A stretch of 64,000 bases of DNA from Asterias rubens (Eukaryota), in assembly GCF_902459465.1 (NCBI RefSeq), contig NC_047062.1, positions 20,398,001 through 20,462,000 on the forward strand, written 5' to 3'. The notes under the pieces are model-generated. The model had not been told where the DNA came from and made no database searches. It saw nothing but the letters and a program-made list of their open reading frames with translations. The position numbers and the translations under genes are program-made. The stretch's first letter is position 1; each line of letters begins with the position of its first letter. Of this stretch, positions 59,743 to 64,000 are shown one piece after another.

Positions 59743-59957
59743 TCTCCATTACAATGCATTTTCCATTTCCTTGTTTAGACAGTGCTGTTTTGCTTCCTAC
59801 ACCGTACATACATGTCCTAGGTTTAAATGGCTTTTTTTGTGAAACACAGCATTTCTGCCTATCTTGACGCTGATCAAAAGGTAGTTTTGTTCACAATATG
59901 AAACATGTACATTTCAATAACAATAGAACAATGTTAATTTTGTTCAAGTTGATCTTA

Positions 59958-60345
59958 TATGAACTGAACACAATTGCAAATTGTCAAAGACCAGTATTCT
60001 CACTTCGTTTATCAAAAAATGTAAATAAAAATAACAAATCTATGAAAGTTTGGGTTCAATTGGTCATTGAAGACGCAAGATAACAATGAAAGAAAAAACT
60101 CCCTTATGATGCACAAAATTGTGTGCTCTCAGACGCCTGAGAAAAGCTTCAGGCTTTTAAAAAGTCTTTCTCATATTCAAATATTTTAGTGAGAAATTAC
60201 CTCTTTCTCAAAGACTTTGATACTTCACGGAGACACAATTCTCACAATGTTTTACAATATCAACAGCTCTTTGTTGCTTGTTACCAAGCATGTTTGAGTG
60301 CTCATACATATTTTTTAGTAATGACCAGTGCCAGCAAAGTCTTTG
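59958..60345. mobile_element. Kolobok-like MITE family A, old diverged copy
   Basis: aaattgtcaaagaccagt..ctcactt...gagaaattacctctttctcaaa...ctcacaatgtttta blocks. Confidence 0.7.
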
Positions 60346-61369
60346 GGAAACTTTTGAATGGTCGCCCAGGTCAAGACTAAAGGCAACAGGAGGTCATATT
60401 CAACGTATTTCCTGGCTTGAAATGAGCGAGGAGATCACTGTAACTTAGCGAGGTGGACCACCTCACATTTGAACGAACAAGGAAAACACACATCTGATTA
60501 AGAAAAGTTGTCGACTTGTGTTTATGTCAGATTTTTGGCCGATTTGACCCAAACATTTTGATTAAAATTCAATAGGTATTTTGATGGGGGTCGAGAAAGT
60601 TACAAGCTTTCATTTGAGCCATTGCTCGAAAAATTCTGCCAATATATCACGTGACCAATTCTTATGTGTTTTATAAAAACGTTTTAAATTTTTGTCATGG
60701 TTCCTGACCATTAAAAGTAAAAGTTAAACTTTTTTTCGTTAGAGCGGGTGATACTCTATGAAATACCATTGACAATCTATTAAAAATCTATTTTTTTTAT
60801 GTTTGGGGCCAAAAATCTAACATAGCATCTTTAAATCTTAATTCAAAATTTGACACCATGACCAACTGTTCTATAATTTTCTTTTTAATCTGAAATATTA
60901 CATAGAAGTGCACGAAAAGAGTTCTCCAATATTCAGTTCTCATTTAAATCCCTGAAGATACTAATTGATGAAATTTGCACATGTGGGTTAGTTGAGTGTT
61001 TATTGAAGACAAAGGGATGGGAATAAATTTACTCTTCCAGTAACCAATGGGTGTAAAGGTACAATGTACATGATGTATATCGTCGCTTTTTTGTACTTCT
61101 TAGCAGTTTTTCCAGCCTTTTATTATTGTACATTCATATAAATCAAATTCTATTTAAGTTCCTGAATATCTGGGACGGGTTATTTCGTTTTCATTAACCT
61201 CCTCTTACTGTGACAGTTTATAAAATTTACTCTTGTATTATTTTTTTACTCTTTTTTTTTGTTTATATTGCTTTTAATTTTCTGAAACATTCTTAAATAT
61301 TTTACGTAATTGTTATATCATAATTTTATCATGTGATTTTATGTTTACTTTTAACATGTTAGTTTGTTC

Positions 61370-61452
61370 GCAGGGCCCAAATGGAAAACAGTTTTTTTGC
61401 TGATTTGGCTCATCACCCTGGGTAAATAAAGGAAATAAATCAATGAATAAAT
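61370..61452 (+). mobile_element. CR1/L2-type LINE 3' tail
   Basis: gcagggccc..tggaaaacag...ccctgggtaaataaaggaaataaatcaatgaataaa. Confidence 0.5.
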
Positions 61453-62419
61453 GTACCTTGTGTGTATTGACCCATTAAACCTGACATCATCAATCACAGA
61501 TGATAAATCTATCTTGCCAATTTGGGAGTCAGGTTTCCTCTGTGTTACTGAGTCTCATCTTTGGCAATTCACACAGGGTGTGACCCTTGCTCTATGGTTT
61601 GACAAGCGCTATATTCTCTTGCAAATCGACCCTCAAGTTAGGCCAAATAAAAAAAAATACAAGTTGATCGTCCGGATTTTTCAAAAAAGAGGAGGATGAG
61701 GGCCTTACTATTTATTATTTTTTTTATCAAGATGGTTCGCTTAGTGTTTCAAATCAAACAGGCCACCAAATCTTCAGTTTGAACCCGTTGCAAACTTATT
61801 TTATACCTATTTGTTGCATGAGGACCTGTTAACACTGCTACTGTATTAGTATTAACAGGGTCGGATATGTTAAAAGATTTGCTGGTAGCAGACACTATTA
61901 TTGTTTTATGAAACAGACGGTTACACATGTTTGAGAGCATCACGTTAGATTTAGAAGTAGCTCCTAGGCCAGTCGTTTTGAAAAGATGACGTAAAAAAGA
62001 AATTAAAAAAATCACAACAATCAAAAAATAACAAAATAGTAAAAAAGGATGCGTGCGGGGAAGATCAACTGGTACTTTGTTTTATTTGGCCTTAGCAGAC
62101 CATGGGCAGACATATGACATCAGTGCAAGGGGGTCCACACCTTTACAATACAGCTGTAAACTTGTGTCAAAAGTCAGAAGCAATACCTTCTTCTTTTCCA
62201 TCATCATCATCATCATACATTTATTCAATTGCTGTCCTTACCTTTCACAATTCAAAGAAAAGTTTGTCAATGCATTAGGTTCAAATTAAATGTTTCTTCT
62301 AAAGACGAGTTACCGTTTGAAACGTCAAGACCAAAGCTTTCAGCGAGCACACACTCCCCTCAAAAAAAGATTTAATACATGGTTGTACCCTTCCTACAGG
62401 GTTATACCCGCAAGTTTAC

Positions 62420-62968
62420 TAAGGGAATCAATGTGTGGTCAAGAGGTTTTCAACTAGTGGTTTAATCCCAACGATGCCTGGTTCTTTATAATTTTATCAA
62501 GACGCAGTCGAGGTAAATTGTAAAGAACCAGGCCTCGGCGAGTTTAAACCACTAGTTGAAAACCGATTCAACACACTTTGATTCCCATTCATAAATACCT
62601 TTTCGGTCAAAAACATCATCACTTTTTGGTCAAAAAGTAAAATAAATGCAAAAATTATAATTGTTATATGATTTCTTTCAACACAACACCCCTCCAGCTA
62701 TGAAATGGTAAAGCCCTCCGCCGCCCTCAAGTAAACAACTCCTTATAAGGGAATGTTGTGCGCGTCGCGCGTATCGCGTGATCTGGCACAAGCTGTTGCT
62801 CTCGACCAATAGGAATGAAGAAACTGTCTTATAAGAACAGGTGCAAGGTCGCGTGTCACGCCCATGAATTAACACTTTTTACCGGTCATAAACAAAGGTT
62901 TATACACACCCACGTGACGCGCTCTCCACCAATAGGAATAGCGAAACTGTCTTAGGTATTTATGAATA
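62420..62968. mobile_element. Element D, second copy (EGLN intron)
   Basis: Colinear and highly similar to 42074-42595, with the same termini. Confidence 0.82.
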
Positions 62969-63024
62969 TATATGTATTTAGAGTTAATTTTTATTATTCA
63001 TAACATGCAAAACTTCAAATATTA

Positions 63025-63219
<195 letters not shown>

Positions 63220-63372
63220 TCAACATTTCAAGAACAAACTAAGGTGTAAAAAAAGCTGTTGAATTTTTGTTCCATTGGCAATTGGGGAAAAAAGTAGGAA
63301 TATTTGATCCCATACAAAGCCTGACCTACACATGTACATCATGTACATGTAGGCTACACATGGTGTACCCTC

Positions 63373-63743
63373 TAAAGACACTGGACACCTTTGGTAATTG
63401 TCAAAGACCAGTCTTCTCACTTGTATCTCAACATAAGAACAAAATGTGACAATTTGAACTCAATTGGTTGTCGAAGTTGCGAGACAATAATGGAAGAAAA
63501 AACACCATGTGTGCTTTTAGATGCTTGATTTCGAGACCTCATGCGTGAGGTCCCAAATCAATTTAAATATTTTACAGAGAAATTACTTCTTTCTCAAAAT
63601 CTACGTTACTTCAGAGGGAGCCGTTTCTCACAATGCTTTATAGATACTATCAACAGCTCTCGATTGCTCGTTACAAAGTACATGTCCAGTTTTTATGCTA
63701 CCATTTATTTTGCGTAATTACCAATAGTTTCCAGTGCCTTTAA
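63373..63743. mobile_element. Kolobok-like MITE family A
   Basis: taaagacactggacacc.ttggtaattgtc ... aattaccaatagtttccagtgcctTTAA. Confidence 0.8.
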
Positions 63744-64000
63744 GAGACTTTTCTGGCTTTTTAATCACAATTTTTCTGACAACAATTCGGGAGTCAGATA
63801 AAGTAGGAAGAATATCATGACTGATCGAAGCACCATCATACTTTTTTTAAACTTTAAAGTAAGACTGATGCTTTTCAATATATACATGTTGCTATCTTTG
63901 GCTCATTTCCAAATAAAAGAAGCAAGATTTCAAGCTAAGCTGACGGAATTCTTCCTGCATACGACAGGGACTCATCTATGCAACTGATGTAAAAAAAAAT

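Noticed and set aside
59845-59880. Peptide HSISAYLDADQK resembling EGLN YAITVWYFDADER, followed by a GT
   Set aside because: It is on the opposite strand to the EGLN exon and lacks the conserved Trp; treated as chance.

Overview
Eukaryotic, intron-rich, AT-rich animal DNA. Gene content and repeat style suggest a marine invertebrate deuterostome, probably an echinoderm such as a sea star (inference). Five protein-coding genes were reconstructed by eye with GT-AG boundaries and consistent phases. (1) Bestrophin (+), 8 coding exons at 15228-26585; the exon with the first ~10 codons was not found. (2) A CCDC190-like coiled-coil gene (+) with one coding exon, 34103-35320. (3) ERLEC1/XTP3-B (+), 11 exons, 38923-50311. 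(4) RRP15 (+), 5 exons, 53337-57343. (5) One internal exon of an EGLN/PHD HIF prolyl hydroxylase (-), 63061-63180, which is absent from the ORF track. The rest is a dense mosaic of short non-autonomous mobile elements: about 12 copies of a TTAA-flanked Kolobok-like MITE, other Kolobok-, MULE-, CACT- and Harbinger-like MITEs, tRNA-derived SINEs, RTE, Vingi and L2/CR1 LINE ends, and Penelope-like ends with a degenerate minimal hammerhead. There is a 500-N assembly gap at 58419-58918. The most unusual items are: a ~0.5 kb two-copy element whose internal 29 nt is complementary to the joined element ends (ICR-like); tandem duplications that copy exon 3' ends plus splice donors in two different genes; tRNA-like elements enclosed by inverted B-boxes; and a bestrophin with Phe at the neck-76 position and a BEST2-like Lys aperture. 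No CRISPR array, rRNA or intact tRNA gene is supported.
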